Notes under the pieces: model-generated
Told to the model about the DNA's origin: nothing
The model's input: only the letters and a program-made list of their open reading frames with translations
The model's database searches: none
NCBI RefSeq assembly: GCF_009834535.1
Contig: NC_045697.1
Location: 57,848,001 to 57,912,000, forward strand
Direction of reading: 5' to 3'
Source: Camelus ferus
Taxonomy: Eukaryota
DNA: 64,000 bases
Translations under genes and position numbers: made by a program
Shown: piece after piece, positions 11,450 to 25,779 of the stretch
How positions within the stretch are numbered: position 1 is the stretch's first letter
Layout of the letters: each line of letters opens with the position of its first letter

Positions 11450-14050
11450 AAGCAGTAGTTCACAAACACTGAGCCATGCAAAGCTCACCATTCTTTGATG
11501 TAGAAAATTTACAATACAGTTTCTTTAGCCCACTTGCAGAGGTGTGTATCCAGGTCTAAAGTTGGACCCAGGAAGATCATCAGAAATGAGACCACTGTAC
11601 TTTACTAAATATTAGATATTTCTCCCCAACACAATGACAGCTTCTATGAATCCATGTGTTTAGTGCTCACTCCTTTAGGACACTCCTCTAACTCATTTTT
11701 TGTGATCTTCTAATGCTGTTTTCTCAAGGTTCCTGGACAACTATTCAGGCCATCCTCTACTGTCCAGGAAGCATGTGTGTTTCTTTGACTCAGGTCCCAT
11801 TTCCTCCTTACAAAGTGAGTATCCTAGTATATCCTTACAACTTTCTTCACTTATATTTACACTTCAGGACCACTCTTATGTGGGTTATATGTGGCAGCCA
11901 TTTCATTTTCAGCCAGGAAATCATAGATTGTTTGAATCTATCTTTGAACCAAAACCCTACTTGTTTTGGTTTTTTTATTCAGTAAGACATTGGGAACTAC
12001 CTGGGAGAAAATAGGTATAAATTAAAGGACAGGCACCAGTGCAACAGACATAGGTGACATGAACATTGGTGCCATCTGTACAAGTAATTTATTCATGCCA
12101 TTTGGACCATCTGGGCCTCAATCAAAAATATGTCACTCCCATCCAGTGGTGGATTGCTTCTCCACCCACCCAAACTTATGTTTTGTAGACTTGATAATAG
12201 CCAGTTAAGGATGGGCAGTTATTGTTTCATGATCAGATGCTCAGTGTCACGTAGATTTCAGTAGTATACCAGGAGTGACATTTTAAAAAACAGCTTGATG
12301 TAGAGAGCATGGCCTTGATTTATAACACTAAGGACTTATTCAGAAACCTCTCCTGCTCAGGACTATGCTTCAATCTGAGTTACTCAACAAATAAGTAATA
12401 CAGTCGGGTAAATGCTGCTCCAAAATTCAGAGATTTGTAATAATCACTGTGAATCTTTCTCATGGGTAGTGGCCGCTAGGTGTATTAACTAGCCTTTTAA
12501 TTCATGGGGAATATCCTGTCATGCTTCAGAAATTAGTCTCTTAAAACTACCATTGTGGCAGGGGTCTGCTGGATAACACCTCACAAATGACAGAGCAGCT
12601 TGTACTGAAGTAGCACATTTTCAGTGCCCTCTCCTCTGAGTTCCATCAAAAATGGCAGCTCTCTGAGTTACCCACTGTGGTAAGCTGAATAAAGGCCCCC
12701 CAAAGATGTCCATGTCCTAAGCTTTCAGACCTGTGATTATGTTGCATTACAAGCCAAGAGGAACTCTGCAGATCCTTCAAGTTAAGATCTTAAAATGAGA
12801 TTACTACAGATTAACTAGGTAGAGAGAGATGATCACAGAGGCTTTATACAATAGAGGCAGGATGATCCAACTCAGTAGAAGTTGTGGTGATGAGATCAAG
12901 AGGTCGGAATAAGGCCAGGAATATGTCAGAAGCAGGAGGACTTGAAAACCTGAGAAAAGACAAGGATACAAGTTCTTCCCTCAGGAGGTCTAAAGGAATG
13001 GCTCTTCCGACACCTTGATTTTAATCCAGTGGGAATGATTTGGACCACTGACAAGAAGATAAAAAATGTGTGCTGTTTTCAGCCACTAAGGTTTTAGTAA
13101 TTTACTACAGGAGCAACAGGAAACTAACATACCCAATACATGATCTGGGCCTTTAAGTAGAGTAGAAATTGGTCTCCAAGCCCTGAGAGGCCTAACAGAA
13201 GCTGTCCTTCTCTTCTGGAGTTAGGAAAGGTGTTTGTTCTTTACCTTAGAGACAAGATCTCACTTAAGTTTTCATTAAAAATGAAAGATCTTTTCATTTC
13301 CAGAATATCCAGAGTACTTGCCATTTTCTGCCAACAGTCTACTAGATCAGTGTAATGTTCTTGGTAAATGTCAAGACAATTAAGTTTCCTTTGAAATAGA
13401 TTGTGATAGAAAGCAAGGAATGTAGCTTACCCTTTTGGCAAAATGTAAATATATACATGTACACTACTCTTTATTTCAGGTGCATGTGAACAGCTTTTGA
13501 TCCTCTTTTACTTGGTATGCTATTGTTGTTCAATAATATCCACCATGATTTACATGGCATTTGCAGCAGTAAGAACAGTGAATTAAAAAGGAACTTAGCC
13601 TCTCCAACTGCAGTGGCTCTTTGTTCTTCAGGTCAGGAATTTATGGGAGGATTCTAAGTTGCTAAGAATATCCATGCCTAATATGCACTCTTGAAGAGGG
13701 AAAATAACCTTCATAAGACAAAATCAGTTCAAGATTTAATTTATCACCCAGTCTCTAACCACCTATGTACTCACAGGGGACTAAAATGGCTTTTCTTGTC
13801 CCTTGATAGCAGTGTCAGTTCAGAATAGATTTCCAACCTCTGTATCTAATCTGGGTATTCCTCTTTTCCCATTGTACAATCATGGGAGGAATAGGATATA
13901 TGTACTGTATATAACTGCAGTGGTATTTCAGAGTCCTTCCTCTTGGGGACTGACCTATCCTTTATATTATGGCTTCTAGAAGTGAGAACTGACTTACGTC
14001 TAAAAATGGTGTGAGGTAACAAGGTTTTTCATTATGGTGTCCATTAACAA
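11450..14050 (-). mobile_element. Highly decayed ERV-L internal region (gag end/protease/pol), interrupted by an MLT1D
   Basis: Reverse complement gives 'ggtcagtccccaagaggaaggactctg', protease-region 'ttctgaactgacactg' and 'gagtgcatattaggcatggatattcttagcaac', which parallel ERV-L pol and the + strand copy at 38.7-41.3 kb. Confidence 0.7.
12676..13131 (+). mobile_element. MaLR solo LTR (MLT1D-like)
   Basis: Starts tgtggtaagctgaataaaggccccccaaagatgtcc and ends gcaacaggaaactaacata. 5-bp TSD CCCAC/CCCAA. Confidence 0.85.
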
Positions 14051-17000
14051 CATTCTGCTTATAACAAATAAGTTGTTTATCCAAGATTACCTAATTATTA
14101 AGTAGCAGGACCAAGAGTTGCACTCTAGCAGTGTAGATTTAGAGCTTCTGATTCACACTTCTTTTCTAATAGGGAAACAACATATATCAAAAACAGGAAA
14201 AAATGTAGCAAGTTCACTAAAGTACTATTATGGTTCTATAACTATGTAGCCACGAATAATGATAATGCAATTCTAAATTTGCCAATCTGTAAAGATGTTC
14301 AAGCAAACAATTAAGTAAAGAGAATCAGGACAAAACGTTTAAAGATATTGTAAGCCCATATCTACAAATACAATTATATGGATATGCAAAAGTGTATGGG
14401 ATCTACTGTAATTGGCGATAACAACCATAAATTATTTTATTATGAAGTTTGTAAAAGGACAAAGGAGAGGATGAGACATCTTATAGGTCATGGCATCAAT
14501 AGGACATGGTTTTAGGACAGGGAAAATTAACTTGATTTTAAGTAGAGAATAAGTCAGTATAGAGAGAACTATCAAAGGTGCAATGACTACAATAAAATTA
14601 ATAAGGAATTATTACATGTGAGGAATTTTTTCTCAATACTGTGCATATACAATTCATTTCGTCCTCATAATAACTCCATTAAAAAAATCTTGTCTTTATT
14701 TACTATAGAAAACTCAGGTTCAAAAGGGATAACTTATTCAGGGACTTCACTTTATGAGCCCACATTTTGCTCTATCATACTACAGCACACTGCTTCCTCT
14801 ACTTGTCAGAGATAGAAGATAGGGGAAAAAAAAACACTTATACACTTCAACAATGCCAATTCCTCACCCTCAAAATCCAAAGCAATCATCCATATCTGCA
14901 ACTTAGCTCATCACTGCCCAAATTATTATGGGCTCTTTTCATTATTTTAATTTCTGAAAGGGTTATCAGTGAAATTATTCTGAATATCCAGTTAACATAG
15001 ATCATCAGATACCATACCAAAGGACATTAATAATTAAAAATATCTTTACATTGACAGTAATTACAAATTGGTATTTATAAAGCTTTTAAGAACAGTTTTA
15101 AATAAAAATGCTTTAGATGGGTGATTAAAATGTGAACCATCATTAGAAAGATCAAACACACAGTATCGCAGGAAGGAGTTCTAAAATTACACACTTTGGA
15201 AATCAATGTTGGATCTCACTTTGCTTCCTAGACTTAAGAACAGCAGTTTCTGTCTTTAGATTGCTGTAATTAGCACTAGCCTCAGATGCTCATTTACACC
15301 TTTGGCAGTCAAGGATGGGAAACTTGACTTTCACTGATGGTGTGTTATAATCACACCAGCTTGGAGCTTTTTCTTCCTTCTGATTTTTGTTGATAACATT
15401 CACAGCAACCTTCAAAAAAAAATCAAAAGTACAGTTCTCTTGAGTTAAATGTTTTAACTCAGAGAATCTCCAGAGTACATAGATAATTCATAATAAGATT
15501 TTAATTGATTGCCTTTTGTTTCCTTACTTTGTTGTTGGTCTCACATAGATAAATACAAAGAAAAAAAATTAAAACAAAACAAAGTAATATATGGCTGTAG
15601 AACAGTTTCTTCATATGTATATAACCTAAGCATTTCCCACAAATGCTGATTTTTAAGAAATAAAAAGTACTGACTTGCAACAAAGGAAAAAAAAATCAAG
15701 GAATTTTATATACTATACTATGTATATGATATATTATCATACTATACTATGATGAATATAGAATTTAGAATTACTTAGGTTAATATTATACATTATACAA
15801 TAGGATTCAGTTATTCTACTGTGGTTTCAACAGTGACCCAAGTTACATGACTCTGAAAATGGGATAAAATGGAATTTTAATGCATAATGAAATCTTAAAT
15901 AGAACTATTCATTTATAAAAATGTATGTTTATCAGTATTTCATTAAGCCCCCATTCCCTTCTTAAGTATCATGACCATAGTCACTTTTTGAATTTTTATA
16001 GGTTAATTCCTGTTGTTTTTATATAATTATGAAAGCCTTGTGAATGGGTATATTCATCTGATTCATGCCAAAATAAAGCTCTCTGTTAACAAGCATGGTC
16101 ATCAGTCTGGTGTTGGAATGTACTGTGTATACGCAAGGTGACTTTGGCAGGAGTACTTGTAGCTTCTGATTTGCAAAAGTATAATACTTGTTATTCAGAA
16201 GTGCCGTAGATGATCAAGAGGTTATAGGTTGAATTCTAGGAGAATTACCTATTTGCCACGTAAAGGAAATAGATGAAACTTCTCTGCCGTATATCATCAA
16301 AGCTCTCAAACCTGATAAAGAAGCAAAATGTAATAATGATTCCTCTCTCAGCACGTCTTCACTGTGACTTACTCACCAAAATATAGTTAACTGATAAAAT
16401 TTTCTTACTTTCCCTTTGGTAAGTGAGTCTCCTGGTGTGGATGAAAAGAAACTGAAACACTGCTATTTTGATTCCAATTCTAGATATTTTTCTACTTTAC
16501 CAATTGAACTGAAGAAATCATTCAGACTTAATTTTTGCCACTTATTATATTGTATTCCTTCTTATCCAATCAAGGTTAAATTTCCTCTGACTTTATTAAA
16601 GTAGATTGGGGACATTGTTATCACTTGATTTGATAAAATCAGATGTGAGAATAGATACATATATTTAAGAGAAGTCAGTAAGAGGCTGAAATAGAGCTGA
16701 TGTCTTTAAAAATGAACCGGTCCTGACAAGTCATCATAGAGTGGGATGGTGAACCTGGAGAAGTGGATATATAAATTCTAGACTGCTGATGAATGACAGG
16801 AGCAAGTTCAAAGCAGGGAACTGACACGCATGAAGAGGAATCAGAAGCTTTTAGAATTTTGACTCTTAAGTAGTTATGAATGATCTACAAGAGAAAGCAG
16901 AGAAGATAACAGAAGAAAACATGGTGGTCATAAAAGGGATTCTCCATTGACACCCCTTGTATGAAAATTATATTAAAGTATGGAGGGCACATAACCAAGA

Positions 17001-17361
17001 ATGAAAGAGCAACATCAACCTCTAAGAAAAACATAAGGAAATGTGGATCTCAGAATAATGTAGTTTTTGGTTTTGGTCATATTTTTAGCATTTATTACTG
17101 CCTTTTTTCTTTGATTATTGGTTATATTCAGAGTAATGGGCAACACAAAAGGCTGATCATTTAACCCTGTATGAATATAAAGTAAAAAGAAAACTCATTT
17201 CTATTTAACTTCTTTCTTTTCTATCAGGTGGACAGCAATTCAGACTTTAAAAATATTATAAAAAACAAAGCTGTGCTAAAGCAAGCCCTCATCCCTAATT
17301 CTGATCAAGTGGATGAATAAAAACAATTTTATCCAGTATATGTGTAAACCTCTTTGCCTAG

Positions 17362-17578
17362 ATCTTTGTTGACCAATAGAGAAGCCACTACCCAAATATG
17401 GCTTTATAAATTTAAATTTTAATTAAAAGTAAATAAAAGTTATAATTAAGTCCCTCAGTTATATTACCCAAATCTCAAATGATCAATAGCCACACAAGAC
17501 TCCTACTTACCACATCTGACAGCACAGATATAGAAGGTTTCTATCATCACAGAGAATTCTATTGCCATGGAACTCTAG
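17362..17578 (-). mobile_element. MER3-like hAT-Charlie MITE
   Basis: 'ccaatagagaagccacta..aatttaaattttaattaaa..gacagcacagatatagaaggtttctatcatcacagagaattctattg'. Confidence 0.7.
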
Positions 17579-19227
17579 GAAACTCTATTTGAAGGTACTA
17601 ATTAAGGCATGATACTTAAGTGACTACCAAAAATTGATTAATTGAAAATAACTATTTTAAATGAGATGATTACATATAGTTTAATAAGTAAACAAATGAA
17701 TAACTGAATGAATGAAAACTTGAACTATAACTTTGCCTACCCTGCACAATATTATCTTAGGGCATACCCAATCAGACACGGCCCTCTTTTGTTTCCTAAA
17801 TCAACTCTGATTTCTTAAGTAATGACACAGATGTTTCAGTACACCAAGCAATAGAGATCAAAGTTTGTTACTGTTTTTCCTCTGCTACCTTCCATTATAT
17901 CTTAAAGAAAGCAGGCTTAGTCAACATTCAGATGTTGCACACAGTTTTTTCCATGCCATTCTAGTGAGATTTTTCTTTTTCAGAGAGTATTTCAGGAAAT
18001 AAGATCTATTGATTTATGGACTGAAACGGAGGGCTTTAACCTCAACCTACAGCTAAGTTCCGTAGATACAAGTGACTGTCTTTAAGAGGTGTTCTCTCAC
18101 TTATGGCCCCTCTTGTGGCAGAAATAATGTCTTTGTTAATAGATACTCATAACTATGCTGCTTCATTTAAGACAGTTTCATTGGACAGGCTCTCTGACAG
18201 ATACATTAACTGCAAGTAAAAGTAGTTGCTATACAAAGTGATATTTCCCAAACCATGTACATAAACACTACATGTTCAATTTTTGTAAACTCTGTATGCT
18301 ATCAGAAAAAAGGAACACAACAGATCTTAATATTGTTTATAATAGTCAAAGTTCACAACTGATTTACTTTCACAAAAACGGAAATAAATCAGGCATTGCA
18401 CTGCAAGTATAAAGAAGGCACAAGTCGCATAAATGGGAAATGACCAAATATTTTTCTAGGATCAAGATATACAACAACGTCATTTCACTCCACTCTATAT
18501 TTATTTTCTTCTAAGTTCAGATGATACTTTTCTATGTTAAAGCTGTTTTTTGTTTGTTTGTTTTTGTTTTTATCATATGGAAATAAATAAGCTCCTGTTT
18601 GTTAAATGTGGAAGTCTTTGTCTTTGAACCCGAAAATGTTCAAATTCTTTTAAGTAGAATCTCTATCACTTATTTCTCCAGAAAAAAATCCCCCAAATTC
18701 CTGTCCAACAACTTGATTTGTTAAACTGGCAATGACTTTTAACTCTAATATGAACATTCTTTATCTGATATATGTTTGCTGATATGTTACCTTTCTTCAT
18801 GGCATTTGAATGATTGGATATACTAATATTATCTCATCTTTGAATGACATTTTTGTTAGCATCCCATAATAAAACAATCTCTATATTAAATAGCACAAAT
18901 TTCTTTCTGTTTGATACCATTAAACTTCCCTCCCATCAACCCACCATAGTTCATGTGTGTTACGGTTTAGTCATTTTATATCTATGTTTGTGAAAAGGAA
19001 TTTAATAGTACTTTAACAAATAATTGCTGATGAATACAATAAATTTTAAAATAAATAAAAAATAATATTTTACCAGCCTATATTCCCTCAAATTGTAATT
19101 TAATTAATAGTTATGACAAATTATGGTACTATGGTCTTTTTTTTTGGTAAATTAAATATGGTGCCAAAGTGAAATCTCATCTATAGTAGAAGTTACAGTG
19201 GCCAAGTATCAAAATTTTAAAATAAAG

Positions 19228-19782
19228 AATATAGCCAGCAATTCTACTTCTGAATATATATCCAAAAGAATTGAAAACAGGGTCTTGAAGAGATATATGC
19301 ACTTCCGTATTCATGGAAGCACCATTCACAGTAGGTAAGAGGTGGAAGTGACTAAATGTCCATTGATGGATGAACGGATAAACAAATGTGGTACGTGCAT
19401 ATAATGGAATATTAGTAAGCCTTAGAATGGAAGGAAATTCTGAGAAATGATACAGCATGGATGAAACTAGAAGGTGTAATGCTAAGTGAATTAATCCAGT
19501 CACAAAAAGACAAATATCGTATGACTGTCTATATGAGATATATAGAGAAGTCAACTTCATAGAAACAGAGAGTAAGTAGAATGGTGGTTGCAAGGAACTA
19601 AGGGGAGGGCAAAGTTGTTTAACAGATATAGAGTTTCAGTTTTGCAACATAAAAATGTTTTGGAAAATGATTGCACAATGATGTGCATATAATTAACATT
19701 GCTGGACTGCAGACTTAGAAATGGTTAAGACGGTAAATTTTATGTTATGTGTTTTTTTTACCACAATTTTAAAAAATAAAAA
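19228..19782 (+). mobile_element. L1MB-like 3' end (ORF2 C-terminus plus 3' UTR)
   Basis: 'ccagcaattctacttctg..aaatgtccattgatggatgaacggataaacaaatgtgg..aatggttaagacggtaaattttatgttatgtg' followed by an A-rich tail. Confidence 0.88.
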
Positions 19783-22199
19783 ATAAGTGAGAATCTGAGT
19801 TTACAGGAAGTCTTAGTTGTGTAGTATAAGTTCACAACACCTCAGATGTATTTATACTCTTTAAAAATGTATATATTTTTCAGAATTCTCCAGTGTCAGC
19901 TTCTCATAAGCAATTCTTATTAAATTCTAAAATAGTGGTCCAGGTTCTTCAGGTTTTAATTCGGTTTTATTTATTTTCTTTGGTATGTATTAAATTTAAA
20001 AGAGCACTTGAACATTCCCTGCAGTAATGTTCTAAGATGTTATAGCAGGCAATTTAAAATCTTCCATAGTATTAACAACAGAAAACTGAAAATGTGCTAT
20101 TGTGATAAGAGGTGACATGAAAGCACAACAGAGTTGTTTAATTGGCTGCACATTTCAACTTTAAAAATGATTGTTATAACACCTGATTTCACTGCATGTT
20201 TTTCCCAGCAAACTAAATAAAGAGTATACTTCTCTTAAAGGGTAGGAGTAGATTTACTTAATATTTAACTCTAGGGAATTAATGCAATGTGTTGAGAGTA
20301 ATCTTAAAAAAGCTAAAGGCTAAACTGCTGAAACTGCTGAAAGCAGTTGTCTGGCCAGCTCCTCCGATTATGAATACGTGGGAATAAATATGTTGAATGA
20401 GGAATAACCTGAACACTTGTTTATTTACTTCAACTTGTCCCCAGAGTTTCCATATTAATAGTTGTGATTAAATAGGTCATGTAACATTCATTCATCTGTC
20501 AGTTAAAATACATTTTACTTAGTTATAATCACTTAGTTGTAACTTTCTTCAGAATTCGATAAAGTGCTATGAAATGCTTTCAGAATATTTTTCTTGCAAA
20601 GGGGAATCAAAGCCACATGAATAATACAACATATACTAAATGAATAATAAAATAAGGAATATTTTAAACACTTGAAAACTAATTTGAATTCATTTAGAAA
20701 ATAAATTTAGAAATAGTTTTCTTTTGTAATTTCTGTCTTCTTTTAGAAAGACAACTGTAAATAACAGAGAATATGGAGTACCTTCAATGTTTTAACAACG
20801 ATAATTATGTTTTTCATGATAACTATTAAAATATGGTCTACTTGTAAGAGCTAATCATTAGAATGAAAAATAAAGTCTAGCAACAACAAATCAAAAGCTT
20901 TATGCAATTATATCATAGCTAGGATAATACATCTGGATTAAGAGAGCTTTAGAAAGAAAGTTGCTACATGCACTTCCTATATCTATTTCCTCCACAGTAA
21001 CTACAAACGATAAATTATTTCATGAGTTTTATATCCACAATTAAAGAGAACGGTCACTTTAATGAGCCTAAATATGACTAGTTAAAAAGAAGAGTCATAA
21101 AAATCCAAAATATTCTCCTTTATTTTTATTACAAATAAAACAGATAAATATTTCTGCTTCCTAGAATGTTTACTATCACATTTATATTTGATTTTAAAAA
21201 AAAAGTTAACCTTTTTCCTGCACTCAATCCTCTCTAATTACTTGAGTCCATTTGGCTAGAAGGCATGATTTGTTTTCCAAAACCATCCTATCCTTTTTTG
21301 TTTTTTGTTGTTTAGTAAGCAAACAAAAATTCCCAAAATGAAAAATCATTCTCTATAAGGAAATCTATTACAAACGGAAATTAGAGTTTGCAAATTCTGA
21401 TTTAAGATCACTATCACGTAACTTAGTCCATCTGTCGGAAAGCACGTAAAATAAAATTCCCACTTGCAGGTACTGTATGGTTTTTCATTTTCATGTAAAA
21501 TGATAGTGTCATACTTGAAATAATAGTGTGTTCATTAATCAAACGCTTTTACAGTACCCCCACTGCTGTCGAACTGTTCCAGCCTAGCCGTACTCCGAGG
21601 CCTGCTAAAAAAGCCCCGGTTCTTTCCATGTCTTCCCAGACATACCACGATAGTCCTTAGTGCCATTTCCCTAATATTTGCTTGCCTTTATATTACTTAG
21701 CATTTAGTTAATGCTTAGCATGCTTTTATAAATCCCTTACTCAACTAATATATACAACTGTTATATAATTTTTATTCTTATATACATACATAAAATGTAT
21801 TCCCACAGGACCATGAGATATTTATGAGCGAAGTCATACATATCGTCTTACAGATCAATAGTTCCTTAAAGTATCTACTTATACTAGATGCCCAATGCAT
21901 CTACTGTAGTTAAAGTAATGATAAATTATAACTTTCTTTAAATAAGGTAATATGAGAAAAAGATTTAGTTCAGTACCATTCTATTTATGGGTAAGTGGTA
22001 TTCATTACTTTATTACTATTGCTCAGTATTTGTAATAACAGTATCACAAGTATGTATTTAATAATGGCTCCAAACATTATAAATAACTATTTTTTAAACT
22101 AATTATAGAATCTCTGTAGAACACCTATCAGTTACTAGTCAAATAGTACAGATATAACTACAGAGGGAAAAACCTGAAATTTTGGTCATGTAGTCAGTT

Positions 22200-22650
22200 C
22201 GTGGAGATAAACATTACAAATGTTTAAATAAATGCAAAATAATAACTCTGGTAAATTCTATAAAGAGAAGGTATTTGATACTATAAAAGGTAGATTTCAC
22301 AAACAGAGATTAGGGGAGGCTGTCCTAGCCTACAAGTAACTAATAAGCAAAAATTGGAAAAGAGAGTAGACATTAAGTAAATAGGGAGAAGAGGGCCTGC
22401 CAGGCACAGATGTCCTGTGTTGGGAGGAGCCACCGCGCACTGTGAAATCTGAGAGAAGCCTGCCGTGGGTGGAGTGAGGTCATAAAGTGCTGACAAGGAT
22501 GGAAGAGTAACTGAGACTGAAACTTGCAGGCACTCTTTCTATTATGTTTAGGATTTTGAACTTTATTCTAAGAATTTTGTGAACAACTTTGAAGTATCTA
22601 AGCAAATGGGTTACAGAATCAAATTTACTTTTCAACAAAGAGCATTCTGG
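22200..22650 (-). mobile_element. L2 fragment
   Basis: Purine-rich antisense L2 motifs 'ggattttgaactttattctaag..aagcaaatgggttacagaatcaaatttactttt'. Confidence 0.55.
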
Positions 22651-22689
22651 GGGCAATGCAGGAAATGAATCAGGAGGGCTTGAGGCACT

Positions 22690-23142
22690 GCTGGTGCTGT
22701 GCGTACATCCCTTTGGTCTCTGCCATTTCCGTGCAGACCAGCCAGACTGCCAAAGGCCAGTGCTTGGGGTTTTTTCTTCTTGGCCTGAGGGTTTTCCCTG
22801 TAGGCAGGGCCCATTCTAATGGTGAGCTGGGCAGGGGATTAATCAATCACTGATGGGAGTCCGAATATTAATACCCCAGAGTCTTTGCGGCTTAGGCGGG
22901 ATAGCCCTGAGCACCTTTTCTACACTGTTTCCCAGAATTCCTCTGTGGGGGTTAAGCTTCAGCTGCCACATGGTAACTAGTTTGATACCTGATCCTTTTT
23001 TGGAGTTTCTGCCTCACTCCAGTACTCTCCTACAGGGGAGTAATTCTGAGATTATCTACCCCCCTGTCCACCTCCCCCCAAATCTATTGGCACTGAAATC
23101 TTTGTCTCAATTTCTGCTTCTGAGGCGCTCTAAACCAATATA
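22690..23142 (+). mobile_element. ERVL LTR (LTR16-like)
   Basis: 'ttctacactgtttcccagaattcctctgtggg' and 3' end 'gcactgaaatctttgtctcaatttctgcttctg' resemble LTR16. Confidence 0.7.
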
Positions 23143-23534
23143 AAGAATGACAGGTGTGGAAAACAGGAGACAGGAGATACACCTTTGAAGCAACCTTGAA
23201 TAGATGCAGAACTGTAAGACAGCATGCATTTAAATATGAACCTGTGAGCAAGCCTTATAAAGTTCTCCTTTCTGTTAAAACCCAGTTATCTTTCTTCAAA
23301 GTTTAAAACAATGGTAATAAAAAGAGTGAACACTATTCTCAGTGGAATGCAAAACCTGGGGGCGCACTCTTTTTATTGCTTTGATCTTTTTACGACTCTA
23401 TAATATAATACCAGCTAGATTGCTCCTGGGTCTAACATTTAGAGAGTAGTGTTTCACCCCTCTATTTCCCAGCCACAGTTTCTTGCTATCAAAGTGGCCT
23501 TCTTTTCACTTAAATCCTGGATTTTAATGAGATG

Positions 23535-23965
23535 AATCAGGCAGAATCCCAACAGGAAACAGAAGACATACTCAGAATAATCTGAGGAAAGCGTAACTAC
23601 AAAGAGCTATTTTATACATATTTGTATGAGGTGACTGCTATGAATAGTGCATTATACTACAGCTAAGGGTACTAGAAAGGAAAAGGTTACCATAATTATA
23701 CAAAAAGGAATTTCTATGAGCAGTCTGCCTTGACAGGACCAGTGGCCTTCTAGCTAGTGACAGAATCAGCCAGAGTGGCACAGGCAGGACACCAAAGGAA
23801 TCAATCTGCTAACCTCACTTTCCAGCCACCCTCTGACCTACCCAGGGTTCAAAGTTAGCTAAACCCAATAGGAGTCTAGAGAGTGGGGAAGCCACTGATG
23901 AAGTCCAAGGGCAGAGATCCGGAAGGAGAAGAGCAGAGAACTGCTCTGGAAGGATAAACCAAAAG
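23535..23965 (-). mobile_element. ERVL LTR (LTR33-like)
   Basis: 'caggaaacagaagacatactcag..aaagagctatttt' and 'aaacccaataggagtctagagagtggggaagccactgatg'. Confidence 0.55.
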
Positions 23966-24304
23966 TACTTGGTGGATGTGAAAAATACCAATGACAGATC
24001 TTTCTCCATCACAAAATTTATTGCATCCCAGGACAACCACATGAGCTGACATTATTCTACTTAAACCTACTGCTCACATTCTTCCCAAAGATGTTCATTT
24101 AGTAACAGAATCTTCACATAGCAGTGATTCTGTGTATCAAAAGGAGAATAAAACAGGCATTATCTCAGATCACGAAATCAAAATATCATAGTGATTTACC
24201 ACTATGTAATGGACTAATGAAGGTGAGAAGTATCTGGTCAAAGTCACACTTCAAAAAGAATGTTAGTTAAGGAATTGCTTTCCCTTAGTATTTTAGGGAT
24301 TTTT

Positions 24305-24400
24305 ATTGCTTGTCTGTGGCTGCAGAGCAACCACAAAACTTAGTGGTTTAGAACAACAACATGTACTATCTCACAATTTCTGTGGGTCACGTATCTGGGC
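24305..24400 (-). mobile_element. MLT1 terminal fragment
   Basis: 'ccacaaaacttagtggtttagaacaacaacatgtactatctcacaatttctgtgggtca'. Confidence 0.65.
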
Positions 24401-25779
24401 GGATAAACAGAATAGCACAAGCTAATACGTAAAATCAAATCAATATCTCATTTATAATAAATATAAATTCATTAACTTTTGCCGTTAAAAGACAAAGAAT
24501 ACAAATGAATAATAAAAGACAATAACTCCTTCAATATGCTGTTTATAACTGACCCACTAAGCCTGAGTATAAAGAATGAATACAATGAAACAGTAAAGGA
24601 TTAGATTACATACATTCATTGATATGGATTAATATCCAAAACTATAGTATTGAGCTAAATAAACTATTTATGAACACATAGAGATGATTCCAGTTCATAA
24701 AGCCTAAGAAGTTTGAAAAGTAAACAATATCCTTTTTTTAGGGCTGTTCAGAATTCATTAAATAAATCAATAAATGAATAAAGACTAACAGAGTACTGCC
24801 TCAAAAATAGTGTTTCACTAAAGCAATTGTTTTTAAATTGACCAACTGAAGGAATTATGTGCTAAATCGTGCAAGGCAGGTGTGCAAAAATACATTCAAA
24901 AGAAATAGGGAGCTTTTACAATATTCACTGAGCAAGAGAGTTGAACTATCAGACGAACACAAGCCACAGTAAAGATATATTCCTCTTTGGAAGAGATTAA
25001 TTCATTAGTTTTATTGTATAAAAACATTCTGGCTTCTTGTTCTGATTATAAGTCTACAAAACAAAATTCTGACATTAAAAAGAGGCCTATCACACTTGAA
25101 CATCGCCATGTAACTGCCTCTGAACTAGTAATGACGTAGGTCATCTACTTGTTTGCATGTATTTGCATTCTTCTTTGTCAACACCCACACTCCCCTCTTC
25201 TTAGGCTGATTTTTGTACTCCACATATTTCAGCCTGCTACACATAATATTTTTATCTTCTGTTTTTGACTAAGTGCTTGTCTTAAGTTGCCCCTTCCCTG
25301 TTATTCACTCCCTATTTCAAGATTAGGATTGTTGTTTTGACCACCACAATATCTGACTTCATCCCATAACATATTCAGGTTGTGTCCCTCTTTGTTATGA
25401 TAATTCAGAAATACCTTTCTATGCGAAATAGTCCAAATTGTGTCACTTTCTTAGAAGGACATTATTTTATTTGTGTTATGCTAATATAGAGTTGAGAGTT
25501 ATCATTTCATTGCTGCATTTAACACTGACTTTATCCAGAGTTATTATCACCTGGTATTACTTGGACAGCATTTATAAATGCATTATATACCTTCTTATAT
25601 CCATTTGAAATTAAAAATAGGTAAAATTAAAAATCAAACGCATTATTCAAAAATGGCCATAGAACTTTTCTATTAAGAATTAAATTATGATTACTTTTAT
25701 ACAATATTATCATTATAAAACTCTTTTAAACTATTGTTTTAAAATGTCATTTAAAAAATTTTTAAATGTACTGAATTTT

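Noticed and set aside
22589..23143. Cluster of overlapping ORFs
   Set aside because: It coincides with a GC-richer LTR16-like element and shows no recognisable protein.
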